From Octopus bimaculoides (lineage: Eukaryota), in the NCBI RefSeq assembly GCF_001194135.2, contig NC_068989.1, forward strand, positions 15,612,874-15,676,873: 64,000 nt of DNA. The letters run 5' to 3'. Below the pieces are notes generated by a model, which had not been told where the DNA came from, searched no databases, and saw only the letters and a program-made list of their open reading frames with translations. Of the stretch, positions 12,061 to 25,380 are shown in pieces. The translations under genes were made by a program, and so were the position numbers. Within the stretch, counting starts at the first letter, position 1; each line of letters opens with the position of its first letter.

Positions 12061-14165
12061 TTTCTCTGTCTTTTATGCCTTGGTTCTACCTGTCATTCTT
12101 CATACAACATATCTTCATCTTTATTGATTTTATAGAAGCTCAGCTTTTATCTGAGCGACGTTCTGTTCATTATCACGGCTGCAATGTAACTCCAATTCCA
12201 CCCTGTGGGATTGGGCCTTTTCCGTGCTTTATGTTCTTTGTACCGTTTGGTTTCTCTCGTTCACTTCGTCTCATTCACTGTTTTCTCTTTTTTACAGTAA
12301 AGATGTATCAATATTCTCTAGCTTTCATCCATTCCCTATCGTTACAGGTGGTTGGGATAAAAAAAAAAGAAGATGGTGCTAGTGGCCTTCAGCATTGCTT
12401 GCTTCTGGAAATGAGAAAGAAGGCATTTCCTGATCTTCGATGGCGTAGCTATTAAGATTGATCCCAGGACCTGTTACTGTTGTCATTGGTTCTGTTGTTG
12501 TTTATTGCTCTCTTCCTTTGCCTTCTTAAGCTCCTGGCGGCAGAAATCACTTACTCTCAGAGATTTCACCGCGCCACTACTCTCATTGCTTTCACAGCAG
12601 GAAACAATTTTGAAATGTTTTTTTTTTCTCTTAATGGAAAAAAAAAACCAGACATGCAAATCCAGATTCTATCCGACCACTTATCATTTCTTGTTACCTT
12701 CGTCCATTTTGCGGAATAAAGTTGACAACGAACGTGGGATTAACTGTTTGCCACTAACAGTCACTCCTGTTGTGTGTTTGCCCATGTACTGTAATATTAG
12801 CCGTTAATTGGCGATGTCTGTTACTATTCCTGCTTGTTCTTTTGTCTCAATCTCAATTTCGGATAAATAACATACAATACCATATGTTCTGCTTTACCTA
12901 AGTTCTGAAAGCAATCAAACAATACCGTACAATCTGTTGCACTTAATGGATAAGATTCAGTCAGACAATATATTTTTCTCTGACGGGGGCTTTCTGTTGA
13001 TCTAAAATATCCTTACTGAATGCGTTATTTGCTAAGCTTAGAGTACAAAGTTGTATTTGTGTGCTCGTCATCAAAATTGTTCTCATATGCATTGAGAAGT
13101 AGAGAAACATTATATTTTTCGCTTCAAACAATGCTTTCGTCTTCAATTTTTTTGTACATTTTCTAATTGTTTTTTTTTTTCGTAATTGCTGTTCTGTTGC
13201 CAAACCTTTATTTTGAGCGTCATTTATCTCTGATATTTTGTGTTGAATGTCAACTAACAAAAATGAAAAAAGAAAGCAGAATTACTCTTCAAAAATGTTT
13301 GTTTTACGCCCACTTTGAACGAAAATAAATTAAACAACTTAGCAAAACACTCATTTTTTCCTTGAGTTAAATCGAACAAAGCAACACGGAAAAAGTCACT
13401 TATTTTTAGAAAAATTACAAAAAAATAATTGAAATAAGAGAAATACAATACAGAAGCAAACTACAAGTAAAATCAACAAGACGTGGAAGACATACATTGA
13501 GCAAAAAGCAATAAGACCAACAAAAGCAATAAGACCAACAAAAGCAATAATACACATTATTAAATAGATAAGATTATAAATTTTTCTTACTGTTTCTCTT
13601 AATCGACTGGCTCACCAATGTATTTAATAAACAAAAAATTCTGATCGTCTCTGATTGTTTCATCAATAAAATATAATAAATGGGACAATCTCAACCTTTC
13701 ATTTTTAGAGCATCATCAATAAATTTAATAAATGGGACATCCTCACACTTCCTTAATAAATATCTTAACATTAAATTTAATAAATGAGACATTCTCAAAC
13801 TTTCTTATTGACTCATCGATAGATTTAACAAATAAATTATTCTTCTCCGTGCTTCCTTGTTCTCTCAAATAAATGTAATAAATGGCATGTTCCCAACCTT
13901 TTTTCAGTGTCTCATCAATTTACTTAACAGATGAAATACTCTCAAATCCCACCCCTCCTTCCTTCCTTCCTTCGTAACTCATTAAGAAATTAAAATTATG
14001 AGACACTCTTATCCATCCTTATTGTCTCACAGAAATGTAATAAACGGCGTGTTCTCAACCTTCTGTAGTTGTCTCATCAATTCCTTCTTCTCCAAACTAT
14101 ATATTTTTAAAAAATGGGACAAACAACCTGCCCTTATCACGACATCAATATTTTTAATAAGCAAT

Positions 14166-14392
14166 GAAACGAGCTGGCAAAATCGTTAGCACGCTGGGAA
14201 AAATACTTAGTGGCATTTTGGCCCGTCTTTACGTTTTGAGTTCAATTTTCACTAAGGTCGACTTTGCCTTTCATCCTTTCGCAATCGATAAAATAAGTAC
14301 CAGTAGAGTACTGAGGTCGATAAAATCGATTGATCCACTTCCCTGAAATTGCTGGCTTTGTACCAAAATTTGAAACCAATATTTATATTATA
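14166..14392 (+). mobile_element. SINE family C, full length (tail variant C3)
   Basis: Head GAGCTGGCAAAATCGTTAGCAC, core GTCGACTTTGCCTTTCATCCTTTC, tail CCAAAATTTGAAACCAATATT. Confidence 0.9.
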
Positions 14393-14844
14393 TAGTAAAA
14401 AGTAATGGTTAAGGGTTACAAATGGCAAACAAACAATAATTACACTGGAATCAGCGTAATCGACATACCCACTTCCTCGGAATTGCTGGCCAAAATTTGA
14501 ATCTAATATCTTTAATAAATGAGACATTCTCACACATATTTCCTTATGGTCGCATCAATAAATTTGATAAATGGAACATTCTCAAAGTTTCTTATTGTCT
14601 CATCAATAAATTTGACAAAACACATTAATATGTTAAATAACTCAGTATTCTTACAATTATTTCCTTATTTGGTTATGAATCGATTTAATAGCTGAACCGT
14701 TTTTTTTTACACTTATTTCATTATTGTCTCATCAAAAATTTAATAAATATAGGCTTTCTCAACCTTCTTTAGTGTCTCGTAAATAGATTTAAGAAATGAG
14801 GGATTATCACATTCCTTTTTATTACATCAAATAGTGGGCGTGAT

Positions 14845-15030
14845 ACAGACACACACACACATATATATACATGACAGGCTTCCTCACAGCCTCCGTCTAC
14901 CAAATTTACGGACAAGGCCCTGATCGGCTCCGCGATAGAAGACACTTGCTCAAGATGCCACACTGTGGGACTAAAGCCGAAGCCATGTCATTTCAAACTC
15001 ATTTTCTTAGCTTCAGAGTCATGCCTGCAC
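14845..15030 (-). mobile_element. SINE family B, 5' half
   Basis: CCGTCTACCAAAT...AGAAGACACTTGCTCAAGATGCCACACTGTGGGACT. Confidence 0.8.
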
Positions 15031-15427
15031 CTATTAAATTTACTGATGAAACAAAAAGACCGTAAACATAAGAATGACCTATTCATTAAATGTGACATTC
15101 TCAACCTTATTTAGTGTCTGGTTAATAAATTCAGTAAACGTGAATTTCTCTCTCTTCCTTCGTATCTCCTGAATAAATTTAGAAACGAGACATTACCACA
15201 TTCTTTTTTATAACATCGATAGATAAAATGAATGGAACATTCTCAACCTTCATTAGTGTCTCATCAATAAATTCATTAAACTTGACTTTCTCATTCTTCT
15301 TTCGTACCTCCCGAATACATTTTGAAATGAGACATTACCCCGTTCCTATTTATCGCATCAATAGGTTTAATAAATGGGGACGTTCTCATGCCTCCGTTCT
15401 TATTGTTTCATCTTTAAATTTAATAGT

Positions 15428-15905
15428 TGCAGGTATAGCTACGAGGCTATACCACATGGTCTCGGGCTCAGTCCCACTCTGCAGCACCTTTGGCTAGTGT
15501 TTTCCATTATATCTCGGGGCCGATCAGTGTCTTGTCGGTCAATATGGACGACGGAAACTGTGAGGAGGCCCTCCATGTGAGTGTATATATATATAAATAT
15601 GGGGGGGGGGAGTGTGTGCGTATGTGCTTATGCATGTACGTGTGAATGTGTGTGTATCGACGTGTTTCTGTTTGTACCACGCCTGGCCTCTTGACAACCT
15701 GTGTTGGTTAGATTGATTTAGCTTCCCGCATCTTAGTTGTTCGACAACCCCGCTAAAAAAATAGCACACCTCAAAACCCCTCAAAAACGACAAAATAAGT
15801 ACCATTTCAAATTTTTAAAAATAAGTACTAGGATCGATTTGTTCAGCTAAACCCCTGAAAATGGTGCCTCAGCTTGACAGCAGTCCAAAGATAAAAGAAA
15901 ATAAA
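15428..15905 (+). mobile_element. SINE family B, full length, degenerate
   Basis: ACCACATGGTCTCGGGCTCAGTCCCACT head, internal (TA)/(TG) tract, degenerate tail. Confidence 0.75.
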
Positions 15906-16250
15906 CGTTTCATGCTGACTTTTTTTTTCTATACTATCTCATTAGTATAATAAAGTATTCTCGCCCTTATTGCTCCATAATGAATGAATCATGTTTCGTC
16001 GACTCCTATGTACTCTCCTCACACATGCTAACCATAGCCCACTTACGATAACCTTTGCTTGCTCCTGTATATTTACTCTATTTAGAATAATGTCATTTGA
16101 AGTGCATCATATGTTAAATTATTCTACTGTATATTAATTAATCGTATTGATAATCTATTGATTTTCATTATTCCAATAACGATATATTTCCCCTTACATT
16201 TATTTCCATACATTTGTAAATTAGCTACTTTGTACATTTGTACATAAATG

Positions 16251-16285
<35 letters not shown>

Positions 16286-16332
16286 CGCGTATGTCTATAC
16301 ACACATACATACATACACATGTACACATGTGG

Positions 16333-16550
16333 CTTTAAATTTTGGTACAAGGCTAACAAATTCGAGGAGCGTGAAAGTCGATAACATCGAACTCAGTATT
16401 TAACTGGTACTTATTCTATCGACCCCGAGTGTGATGAACAGCAAAGTCGACCACGGCGGAATTTGAACCGAGAGCCTAAAGAGGGATGAAATGCAACATT
16501 TGCCCGGAATTTAGTCCGTCTTGCTAACGGTTCTGCCAGCTCACCGTCTT
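16333..16550 (-). mobile_element. SINE family C, full length
   Basis: AAAGTCGACCACGGCGGAATTTGAAC...CTAACGGTTCTGCCAGCTCACCGTCTT. Confidence 0.88.
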
Positions 16551-17972
16551 TATATATATATATATNNNNNNNNNNNNNNNNNNNNNNNNNNNNNNNNNNN
16601 NNNNNNNNNNNNNNNNNNNNNNNNNNNNNNNNNNNNNNNNNNNNNNNNNNNNNNNNNNNNNNNNNNNNNNNNNNNNNNNNNNNNNNNNNNNNNNNNNNNN
16701 NNNNNNNNNNNNNNNNNNNNNNNNNNNNNNNNNNNNNNNNNNNNNNNNNNNNNNNNNNNNNNNNNNNNNNNNNNNNNNNNNNNNNNNNNNNNNNNNNNNN
16801 NNNNNNNNNNNNNNNNNNNNNNNNNNNNNNNNNNNNNNNNNNNNNNNNNNNNNNNNNNNNNNNNNNNNNNNNNNNNNNNNNNNNNNNNNNNNNNNNNNNN
16901 NNNNNNNNNNNNNNNNNNNNNNNNNNNNNNNNNNNNNNNNNNNNNNNNNNNNNNNNNNNNNNNNNNNNNNNNNNNNNNNNNNNNNNNNNNNNNNNNNNNN
17001 NNNNNNNNNNNNNNNNNNNNNNNNNNNNNNNNNNNNNNNNNNNNNNNNNNNNNNNNNNNNNNNNNNNNNNNNNNNNNNNNNNNNNNNNNNNNNNNNNNNN
17101 NNNNNNNNNNNNNNNNNNNNNNNNNNNNNNNNNNNNNNNNNNNNNNNNNNNNNNNNNNNNNNNNNNNNNNNNNNNNNNNNNNNNNNNNNNNNNNTATATA
17201 TATATATATATATATATATTACACGTGTATATGGGATGACCACTAGGTGGACATCCAATATGCTAGAAAGAGGTCATCAACGACCCAACCCATCGATAAC
17301 AGACGGGCGTCCACTATGCTCACGATCTTCAGAGCTCAGGGCTCCGCTGCGAAATCGTTTAAACCATTTTCGAGCTGACTACTCACAGGTCATTTTGTCA
17401 CCAAACGTTTCGTTCATTTCGCGAGTAGTTTCAGCTGCTCTACGTCCTTTTTTGAAGTTGAATAGCAAAATTGTTCGAATATCGCGCCATGACAGTTCTA
17501 TTTCAGATGATTGTTACAACAGTGAAAAAAATATCAATGTTAATTAATTGATGCATTTGGGTAAATCTGTGTCTGTATTATCAAAAAATTGCAAAAAGAT
17601 GTTTAGAAAAAAGTCAAAATCCTGCAAAAATCCGGTACATTTTTTTCAGGGTTCAAAACACTGATTACTTTTTACTCAGACTGATATATTACAATAGAAT
17701 AAAAGATGGATACGTCGTTGCTAATAGCACCAAAGCATTTATAATTAAGTTCATATCCGTATAACTAATTTATTAATTCTTTGATGCCATTAGCAACCGC
17801 CTGTCCATATTTTCTTTTATTGTACTTTCATTATCTCAAACGGTGTGTTTCAGTTAGCCAGCTCTTGTTTACCTGGATTACATCTGCAATCATTTGATGT
17901 CGGATTTTAAGTAATTGATTGGGTCTGAGCACTAATCTTTCTGTGTTTATTTGTTACGGACCATATATATAA

Positions 17973-18050
17973 GTGAGCTTGGCCTAGTGATTAAGATGCT
18001 TCATTCATGATCACGAGAGAGTGGTTTCAGTTCGCGGACAGGGTGCTCTG
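17973..18050 (+). mobile_element. tRNA-like SINE head (family D-like), degenerate
   Basis: TGGCCTAGTGATTAAG (A-box-like)...CATGATCACGAGAGAGTGGTTTCAG, similar to 56371-56415. Confidence 0.5.
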
Positions 18051-18580
18051 CGATCACTTCGACACCTGACGTGTGGTACACTGTGCACCTGTTCAAGCAA
18101 CGTCGATTTAATGTGTAACACAAACATTAGATCAAATATAAACAAATAATTCACGCAGGTTGCCAAATGTGTGCAGGCTGGATGTGGCAGTAACCAATGA
18201 AAGAAGCTTTTTTTTTGCAGGATCACCGAGATATGCAAAATGTGTGGATATCTTTTTGGCAAGAAACTTAAAGAATCGACTGGAATTTGAAAAGCAGGAA
18301 AGCTTAAGGGCTGTATATTGTGCGAAGATTTTTTTTCTTTTCTCGGATAGTTGTCTTGCAAAATTTGGGTTGCTAGATAAACGCTGCCGGGTTTTTGAAG
18401 AATTTGATTGCTAATCTAGGATAGATGTAGGGAATGAGACAAGTCGACGATTGCAAAATACTCCATTTCTCTACTGGTAACATCGATGAGGGATGTGTGA
18501 AAGCGTCTGAAGGAGAAAGGGGATTGAAGTCTCTAATGATGATGACATCAGGAAAAAGTGTACTGAGATATATGTCTTCA

Positions 18581-18681
18581 GTCGATAAAATAAGTACCAG
18601 TAGAGGACTGGCGTGGATGTAGTCTACTTACCCATCCTCGGAAATCGCCGGCCTTGTGCCAACATTTGAAATCAATATTAA
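18581..18681 (+). mobile_element. SINE family C, 3' fragment (C3 tail)
   Basis: GTCGATAAAATAAGTACCAGTAGAGGACTGG...GCCTTGTGCCAACATTTGAAATCAATATT. Confidence 0.85.
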
Positions 18682-18697
18682 AGATACATAAGCTTAT

Positions 18698-18798
18698 CTA
18701 TCCTCTTCCTCTTCTTCTTCCTCTTCTTCTTCTTCCTCTTCCTCTTCTTCCTCGTTCACTTCTTCCACTTCCTNNNNNNNNNNTCTTCTTCTTCTTCC

Positions 18799-18831
<33 letters not shown>

Positions 18832-19130
18832 TCCTCGTCCACTTCTTCCCCTTCCTCTTCTTCTTTTTCCTCTTCCATTTCTTCTTCTTCTTCATCTTCA
18901 TCTTCATTTCTTCCATTTCTTCTTCTTCCTCTTCCTCTTCTTCTTCCTCGTTCACTTCTTCCTCTTCCTCGTCCACTTCTTCCTCTTCCTCTTCTTCTTC
19001 CTCTTCCTCGTCCACTTCTTCCTCTTCTTTTTCCTCTTCCATTTCTTCTTCTTCATCTTCATTTCTTCCATTTCTTCTTCATCTTCTTCATTTCTTCCAA
19101 TTCTTCTTCCTCCTCTTCCTCTTCTTCATT
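18698..19130. repeat. (CTT)n/(CCT)n polypyrimidine low-complexity tract
   Basis: Direct inspection. Confidence 0.95.
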
Positions 19131-19239
19131 TCTTTTATATATGTTTTTTTTATTTGTTGCTCTATGTTGTTTGTCACCCATTTCTTCTCACCTTTGGTCT
19201 TCCCCTTCTTATTCAGCAACTGTAAAGCTAACAATACAG

Positions 19240-19495
19240 TGAAGACAACGACGGCAGCAGCAACAACAAGAACAAGATCAATAACAGTGACAACAACAAC
19301 AACAACAAAAGAGCACGTTAACAGCGACAGTAGGAGCTACAGGAGTAACGGTAGGAGTAGTTCCATAAGGAATAACAAAGGCAGTAGCACCATTAATAAC
19401 TGCGACTACTTCATCTGTGCCAATGACAGCAGCGAAGATGACAGCAACAGCAGCCACAACCACGTGCAACACAACAACAACAACAACAATAACAT
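19240..19495. repeat. (CAA/CAG)n-rich low-complexity tract
   Basis: Direct inspection. Confidence 0.85.
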
Positions 19496-19542
19496 ATATG
19501 CGTGTCTGTGTGTGTATATATGTATGTGTGTGTGTGTGTGTG

Positions 19543-19925
19543 TGGAGGCGCAATGGCCCAGTGGTTAGGGCAGCGGACTCGCGGTCATAGGGTCGCGGTT
19601 TCGATTCCCAGACCGGGCGTTGTGAGTGTTTTTATTGAGCGAAAAACACCGAAAAGCTCCACGAGGCTCCGGCAGCGGGGTGGGGGTGGCGAACCCTGCT
19701 GTAAGTCTTTCACCACAACTTTCTCTCACTCTTTCTTCCTGTTTCTGTTTGTGCCTTGTAATTCAAAGGGTCAGCCTTGTCACGCTGAATATCCCCCGAG
19801 AACTACATTTAGGGTACACGTGTCTGTGGAGTGCTCAGCCACTTGCACGTTAATTTCACGAGCAGGCTGTTCCGTTGATCGGATCAACTGGAACCCTCGA
19901 CGTCGTAAGCGACGGAGTGCCAACA
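19543..19925 (+). mobile_element. SINE family A, full length (tRNA-derived head, probably Arg-like)
   Basis: A box TGGCCCAGTGGTTAGG, B box GGTTTCGATTCCC, 3' end GACGTCGTAAGCGACGGAGTGCCAACAA. Close copies at 22606, 47776 and 56895. Confidence 0.95.
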
Positions 19926-20004
19926 ATATGTATTTGTGTATATATATATCCTTTTGTATATATTCTTTTATTCTGTTACTTGATTAAGTCAGGTTTTAGT
20001 TGAA

Positions 20005-20167
20005 AGAATCGACCCCAGGACTTATTCTTCGTAAACCTAGTATTTATTCTATCGATTATTTTGCTGAACCACTAAGTTACGGGGGACTCAAACACACCAA
20101 ATTCGATTTCAAGCGATGGTGGGAGGACAAACAGACATGCTCACACATATACATACACATGTGTATA

Positions 20168-20213
<46 letters not shown>

Positions 20214-20370
20214 ACGGGCTTCTTTCAGTTTCCGTCTACCAAATCCTCTCACAAGGTTTTGGTCAGCCCGAGGCTGTAGTAGAAGACACTTGCCCAAGGT
20301 GCCACGCAGTGGGACTGAACCCAGAACCACATGGTTGGGAAGCAAGCTTCTTACCGCACAAACACGCCTG
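20005..20370 (-). mobile_element. SINE family B, near full length with internal microsatellite
   Basis: Tail, (CA)/(TG)/(TA) tract, then a near-consensus head ...GCCCAAGGTGCCACGCAGTGGGACTGAACCCAGAACCACATGGTTGGGAAGC. Confidence 0.93.
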
Positions 20371-20377
20371 GACCTAT

Positions 20378-20413
<36 letters not shown>

Positions 20414-21651
20414 GCACAGGGAGAGAGAGAGAGCGTGACGGATGGAAGATAGATTGATAGATAGATAGTTATCCAAACACACAGATACGTACAGACACGT
20501 GTGCAAATGGAAGTCCTTAAATGAATATTAATAGACAGAACGGCAACTCAAACATGAACTTCAACAACAGTAACAGTGATAACATATGATATTGGAACAA
20601 AGAGAAGTGCAGAAGTCTAACAGCTGCATTTACAACAACTTTGTACAATAGAAGGATGAAACTCAGTCAGGGTTGATTTGGGTTTAAACAATAGCAACAA
20701 TAATAACAGCAATGACTATACCCATATCCAAAATAGCTTTGGAAGTTACATAGGTAGTAAGACGAGAAAGTATGAACCTGCTAGAACAAGCAACCAAATC
20801 TCCCTTAAATTAGGCTCTGCATCACCGCTACGGACAACCACAGTAACAACAATGACATATCTATTCGAAATGAAAGACTTCGTGAATATGTGAAAGGTGT
20901 ATTTTATCTTTTCTGCTATAAATACCAACACTGACAGATGTAGCCTCGTTGTGTATAATCACATTTGAATACCTCGGATACACATCTACAACACTCAAAA
21001 ACCTACAAAACCATCTTAACATTATCTCCCTCAGTCAATCAAAACAAGTTTAACGATTAATATGTCAACAACAAACAAACGAACAAAATCATGTCATACT
21101 AAATGCTAAGTTCTGCAAGCTAAATACACTTATGATAGGATCTATCGGACGCAATACATGGAGTTGAAAAACTTCGATTAAATAATATTGACCTTTCAGC
21201 CGTCGGTTAGAGAAAATTATGAACAAAATTATAAAAATCGGAGCGTGTGGTAATACAGTCTGGAACATGCACGGGTTTTCTATTTCCTTCCATTTGACCT
21301 AGCTCTTAGTTAAAATGATGCGTAACCAGCCATGTTCTTTATTGATTACTGATGGCTGAAATGTCTTGGAGTTACAGAAAGTAGACCTTTCATTGCTGTA
21401 ATGAGAGTAACACACTTTCAGAGAACGATATACTGCCACTTTCGCTGTTTCAGTTGCCTAAAAGTAGCAGTATTTCGTTTTGAATAATCTATCGAAGTGT
21501 TGCTTTTCCGTAGTCGCACTTTGGTTGACTTTTCTGGATGAATAACAGGCTGGAACGCATGATAGATTTCAGTACCTACCTCGATTGCCTACTGCGACGT
21601 TTCGTAAAAGAGACGGCGGGTTGTGAAAAGCCCATAACGGCCGCTGACAAA

Positions 21652-21940
21652 ACAATACACTCCACAGTGCCTCCATGTTTACCGTGTCAAATGTCTAAGT
21701 TAAATCTATGAAAACCTGGTATAGTGACATTTGTTCCTCTAAGCATTTCTTTTGAATCTGCCTCACAGAAAATATCAAGTTCATTGTTCCTCGCTCGGGT
21801 TTGAAACCACACTGTTCATCAGGAATCACATGTGGATACACATTCTCCACAAGACGATCTAATATGATCCTTGAAATTATCTTCCCGGTATGTGCCAGAA
21901 GAGTTATTCCTCTAGAATTATCACACACTGTTTTCGGTGT
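21652..21940 (-). pseudogene. RTE/BovB-clade LINE reverse transcriptase fragment
   Basis: CDNSRGITLLAHTGKIISRIILDRL...PDEQCGFKPERGTMNLIFSVRQIQKKCLEEQMSLYQVFIDLT*TFDTVNMEALW matches RTE-clade RT domains 1-3. Confidence 0.9.
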
Positions 21941-22171
21941 GACATATTTATATATATATTTATATATTTATACATATATGCATACATGCATTTATGTATG
22001 TAGGTGTTACATTATAAAATAAATTAGTTGAAATATTTACAAATCTCAATTGAGATATATGGATATCCTACGTGACAAATTATGTTCAAAACAAATGACA
22101 GAAAACATGTGTGAACGAAATTTTTGCAAAATTCTATTTTATTGTAGATTTAATTGAATATTAGGTGACTA

Positions 22172-22586
22172 TTCTTTTATTTTATCGTTTTATTTGTTTA
22201 AGTCATTTGACTGCGGCTATACTGGAGCACCGCCTTTAGTCGAGCAAAGTGACTCTAAGAATTATTCATTGTAAGCCTAGTACTTATTTTATCGGTCTCT
22301 TTTTGCCAACCCGCTACGTTACGAGGACGTAAACACTAGAGTATCGTTTTCAAGTGATGTTGAGGGAACATACGCACAAACACACTCACACACACATACA
22401 CACATTCATGTATATTTATACGACGGGCTTCTTTCAGTTTCCATGTGCCAAACCCATTCACAAGGCTTCGGTCGGACCGAGGCTATTGTAGAAGACACTT
22501 GTCCAAGGTGCCACGCGGTTGGACTGCACCCAGATCCATGTGGTTGGGAAGCAAGCTACTTACCACCACACAACCTCTCCTGCGCC
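22172..22586 (-). mobile_element. SINE family B, full length
   Basis: Tail, internal (CA)/(TA) tract and head all present. Confidence 0.93.
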
Positions 22587-22605
22587 TATATATACGTTAT
22601 CAAAA

Positions 22606-22985
22606 TGTTGGCACTCCGTCGCTTACGACGTCGAGGGTTCCAGTTGATCCGATCAACGGAACAGCCTGCTCGTGAAATTAACGTGCAAGTGGCTGAGCAC
22701 TCCACAGACACGTGTACCCTTAACGTAGTTCTCGGGGATATTCAGCGTGACACAGTGTGACAAGGCTGACCCTTTGAATTACAGGCACAACAGAAACAGG
22801 AAGTAAGAGTGAGAGAAAGTTGTGGTGAAAGAGTACAGCAGGGTTCGCCACCATCCCCTGCCGGTGCCTCGTGGAACTTTAGGTGTTTTCGCTCAATAAA
22901 CACTCACAACGCCCGGTCTGGAAATCGAAACCGCGACCTATGATCGCGAGTCCGCTGCCCTAACCAGTGGGCCATTGCGCCTCCA
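22606..22985 (-). mobile_element. SINE family A, full length
   Basis: Reverse complement of 19543-19925. Confidence 0.95.
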
Positions 22986-23049
22986 CACTTTATCCAAATA
23001 TATTTCTATTATTATATATATGTTTCTGCATTTGAATTCACCTTACTTT

Positions 23050-23220
23050 CTGTTTGTGTGAGCGTGCGCGCGTGTAGAACACACGCAATGCTGGTTTGTT
23101 AGAGTGCCCGCAACCTATCGTCCAGCAAAAAGAGAACGATAGAATAAGTACCAAAACAAATTCCCCAAGACGGAGGCCCAGAATAACTGCACTTTGATCA
23201 CTGAACCAACTAAACAAGAA
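23050..23220 (+). mobile_element. SINE family B, 3' half, degenerate
   Basis: CAGCAAAAAGAGAACGATAGAATAAGTACC. Confidence 0.6.
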
Positions 23221-23967
23221 GTGACAATCTATTTAGTTGTGACCACCTCTTCCTGAAAAGCTGATATATCCACGAATGAATTCTTCACACACGCACACAC
23301 ACGCACACACACACACACACAGGAACTCACATATGAAATGAATTTGTTCTCAATGGGTTAACTGAGGCAATAACACTTACCACACAACACCAGATAACTA
23401 TCACAAAAGACATATAAAAGAATCCTTATAGTTTCTTTATTATCAATGAAAAATTATTTGAAGCAATTACCTGAAAGCTGACAAAACGTTCAAAGTTAGC
23501 TCCTGTATAATATACTTCAAGAAGAAACGATGAAGCCACGTTACTCTACGCACATGTGTTCCGTCCCCAATTTCAAATCATACGAGAAAGTATTATGTGA
23601 GATTTAGGTGAACCTCCATACAAATACACAATTCTAAGTTCTATGCAATTTTACCACATTAATTCTATCAGATAGAATGTCATTAATTTCACATCATTTT
23701 ACAAAATGGAAAATGACAATGGTGTATGAATGTCTATTTAGCAATAGCAAATAACTGTACTGTGGAACAGTTAGCTGAAAAGCTGAAGAATTAAACGAAC
23801 TTGAATTTGAGTGGGGAGAAAATATATTATTTTGATATCGAAGTAATGTGCCCGTTATAAAATAATTGATACAATTGAAATGATACACAATGACATTCTC
23901 AAACATCATTTATTTAACGTTGAGCATTTTCTAGGCATATTTCCAAGATGTATTTAATGTCTATACA

Positions 23968-24002
<35 letters not shown>

Positions 24003-24138
24003 GTGTATATTTATTTACACACACAAAAATATATATANNNNNNNNNNNNNNNNNNNNNNNNNNNNNNNNNNNNNNNNNNNNNNNNNNNNNNNNNNNNNNN
24101 NNNNNNNNNNNNNNNNNNNNNNNNNNNNNNNNNNNNNA

Positions 24139-24235
24139 TATATCAATAGATTAAATATATATATATACATATATATATCAATAGATTAAATACATATATA
24201 CATATATATATCAATAGATTAAATATATATACACA

Positions 24236-24305
<70 letters not shown>

Positions 24306-24340
24306 CACATATATATATATGTATATATGTATATATATAA
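24139..24340. repeat. ATATCAATAGATTAAATATAT minisatellite (x3) plus (CA)n/(TA)n
   Basis: Direct inspection. Confidence 0.9.
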
Positions 24341-24519
24341 ATGCGCAGGGTGGTACTCGGAAAATTATCTACAGTTCCGTATCATAATGTAAACACAGGA
24401 ATAATCTTACAAGTGCTGGAAAGTACTTAGCATAGAAATGTTTGAAAATAGTTCCCGGCGGCATTAATACACACCTGTGCACATTAACAATGTGGAAACA
24501 ACTGAAACAAACAACAGAA

Positions 24520-25380
24520 AATATTTTTTTATTTTAGAAAAACAGTTGACGGTCCACACTGTTTTCCAAATACATCTGCCAATAATTGGACTTTTAACGT
24601 GTTAATTAGGAAGCGCTTAAATTTGCTTCTCGGTGCGTGGGTTTGGAGGAAAGTGTAGTGCTAATGGTATTTACCATTCTCTTGCACCGGGGAAATTGAT
24701 GGTATTAATGTTTCTCTTGATCTTTTGTAAGTCAACAACTACGTGGACGATAAGGACAGGGAAAGATTTCTAGAGAGTCTGACTTCCGTGAAGGAATGAC
24801 TACTCATTTTATAGTGATAAGTGCGAGGCCTTCAGGAGATTGGCAGAACAAGTGTCTCAAGCGTAAAAGAGTAATGCATGCTTAGCTAAAGGTGACCTGA
24901 GCCTAGAATCTCCGAGGAGCAGATAGAAAATGCCGAGACAAAAAGTAACAAGACTGGTGGGGCTGAATGTTGGAGCGTCTGTGAGTCACTCTGATGCTAC
25001 TTTTCTAGTGTGAGAGCAGCACTGAATTGTAAGTCTCAACTGAGCTTTCTAAATTATTGATAATGGCTTGGTGCTGAAGTATTTACTGGTTCTGAAAGGA
25101 AGGGACAATCGTTGGAACGTGCTCTTAGTTTTCTCTTAACAATGTGCTTCGCTGGAAGAGATCGTCGGTGTTCTTCCTTCCTTCTGGTACCTTCACCATG
25201 TGGTCGTTGGAACGTTCGTTGTTGACGTCACTACCAGATTTCGTCACTTCTCTCAGTCTTCTTCTACCCTCCGTGAGTCGGCGAAATTGAGGATTGTCCA
25301 CTTTTTGATGGTGATAGTAAGGCTCAATAAATGAAACGATTTTGAAGGAACAAGCTGGATGCTGCTCACTCACGTTTAGA
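24520..25380 (-). mobile_element. Degenerate CR1/L2-type LINE 3' region (RT C-terminus)
   Basis: Frameshifted minus-strand motifs LREVTK..GSDVNNERSNDH.VK, LTLEK*HQ and SLEIFP..YR...DL.KI parallel the CR1 C-terminal motif order. Confidence 0.45.

Larger units (their letters stand above)
13655..15420. repeat. Degenerate ~50-bp minisatellite array interrupted by SINE insertions
   Basis: Repeated unit resembling CATCAATAAATTTAATAAATGGGACATTCTCAACCTTCTTTAGTGTCT at 13655-14150, 14500-14800 and 15075-15420. Confidence 0.8.

Noticed and set aside
13655-15420. CRISPR-like repeat array
   Set aside because: The units are contiguous and degenerate with no unique spacers, there are no cas genes, and the context is eukaryotic.
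18654-19568. 304-aa and poly-E/K ORFs
   Set aside because: Low-complexity trinucleotide tracts with no domain, splice or codon evidence.
19543-19620. tRNA gene
   Set aside because: The anticodon stem does not pair and the sequence continues into a multicopy SINE body, so this is a SINE head.
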